Positions 62,246 through 64,000 of a stretch of 64,000 bases of DNA are shown piece after piece. Where the stretch lies: contig NW_027266264.1 of NCBI RefSeq assembly GCF_022045235.1, positions 64,294,001 through 64,358,000 on the forward strand, read 5' to 3'. Under the pieces are notes generated by a model that worked only from the letters and a program-made list of their open reading frames with translations, searched no databases and was not told the DNA's origin. Origin of the DNA: Haliotis cracherodii. Taxonomy: Eukaryota. Position 1 is the stretch's first letter, and each line of letters begins with the position of its first letter. The translations under genes and the position numbers were made by a program.

Positions 62246-64000
62246 GTAAGCTCCCATAAATCATGGAACACCCACCCGTGAACATGTCCAATAAGGTTCG
62301 GTAGACATGTTTTCATAAATCCTTTAGGGTGTGAGCAACAGTGCTGAATTTGATAGGGCACGCTCATCTGATAATTGCAATACACATTTGAACCTCGTAT
62401 ACAATCATACGAAATCATAGTAGATGAAGTTATCACGCCTGAAAATGGTTAGGTATATGATTTGCTTAAAAGTGGGTTGTTTGTGCACCCATGTCCAAAT
62501 GGTTATTTCCTTGTGCATCCTGTTCCTACACAAGCTAAGAAATGTAAGGAGAGACAAACATAATTTCAGAAGGCGATTTACGTGGTTTAATGTACCTCTC
62601 TTCAGTATTTGCTAATTAATGATTTTAACGTTAATTATGTACATATATAGAATGCCATGTTGTTACAGAAACACTTGAAATGAACATGTACTTGCACTAA
62701 GTCTTGTTTGTACCACGATGATATCAACAATCAATATTTACACGAATTGGTCCGAGAAAACATCACAGGGTTGGAATCTACGCAGTTATCGGGGCGGATC
62801 TAGAGTGGTTGAATGCATGGTATTAACGTCAGTGCATGCAATAGTACTGTTATGTTACGGTTGAATCCAGTGGAACTTGTGAGATAGAAGCGAGATAGAC
62901 CTTGAGTCTCTTGAGTCAGTCCACGTGGTCTTCCATGCAAGATTTAGACACATAAACACTTTAACCAAGCAGCCTCAGGTATATTTGTTTCTGCAGCAAC
63001 TTTAAATCTTTTCAAACTCGCATACATCACAATATAGATTGCAACATGAAGGGATATCTTTACGACCTTCGCAAAAGAAGAATGTCAAGGATGAACAGAA
63101 CTACACCTTGCATATAATTGAATGTTACACATATTGTCATTAAACTGAACGCAAAGCGTGCAAAACGTGCACATGATCATCATTCAAGACATGTTTGTTC
63201 CATATTCGCATTCCTACCGTCGACCCAAATCGTTCTCATAATATTGCAAACACTTTTGATCAGTGCATTAAGTCTACAGCCAGTTGATTAATGTACTGAA
63301 GTTTGGATTAAAGCCTTGTGATACCCCTTCAAAGAAAGGCTGGTTTCAATCAGTTGCTGAGCATTCATTACAGGGGTTGGTAAGTACATACAGAGAAAAA
63401 ACAATGTTTAGAAGGAAAAGCACGATACCAGACCTTGTAATCTTTGCATGTTGGAGTCCGATAAACGTGTGGATCGCTTTATCTGATGGAGACGACAGAT
63501 CCAAAGACATTTCCCTAATTTCTTTTTGCTTAGAATTGTCATTGATATTTTGCCTAATAAAACAAAATACAATATTACCTTTCATGTTGAGCAGCTATAT
63601 TAGACAGACTCCCTGTGTTAATGACACCCCCAGGCTCCGTGATGTCATTATCTGACTCTGTTGTTTACTCAGTTGGTACACCAACACGTAAACGTAGGTA
63701 CTTACTGTAGATCATATTTTTTTACAAATATATGTATAACTACAGTCCACGCTTAGACTGTTTTCGTATGAAATAGGTGAGGTGAAATGGGGTTTAACGT
63801 CGCGTCCAAGATTATTGCACTTATATAGCGATCGTATGAAATAACTCAACACGAAACACGAATGAAAACCATTGAAAAATGTGTATATTCATTGGTACAA
63901 TACTTCTAAGTGACCTAGTAATTCCTTTAACCTTTCCCTGAAATGTTTCTGACACAGGGCTTTCGTATGCACGCATTTAAAGGACGGCGTTACATATGAC

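Overview
Eukaryotic, AT-rich, repeat-laden genomic DNA, most likely molluscan. The SINE families resemble gastropod (abalone-type) elements; this is inference. The only well-supported gene is a complete six-exon, minus-strand nicotinic acetylcholine receptor non-alpha subunit resembling insect nAChR beta1. Its CDS, assembled by hand from splice sites, is 45938-45851, 32127-31994, 28704-28660, 27161-27052, 26254-25282, 24942-24781 (1512 nt, 503 aa). The rest is intergenic or intronic: decayed Tc1 and mariner transposons, Penelope-like RT fragments, RTE-X/L2-like and L1/Tx1-like LINE remnants, a TA-flanked MITE, four SINE families (three share a 3' tail), several minisatellites and a 142-nt N gap. 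Best leads: (i) a covarying H-type pseudoknot at the shared 5' boundary of headless SINE copies; (ii) a phase-matched candidate alternative exon 2 near an intronic RFX X-box; (iii) a double-tailed foldback SINE with a TSD; (iv) receptor peculiarities (M2-M3 loop one residue short, loop D Gln, two uORFs overlapping the start). There is no CRISPR array or prokaryote-type system.
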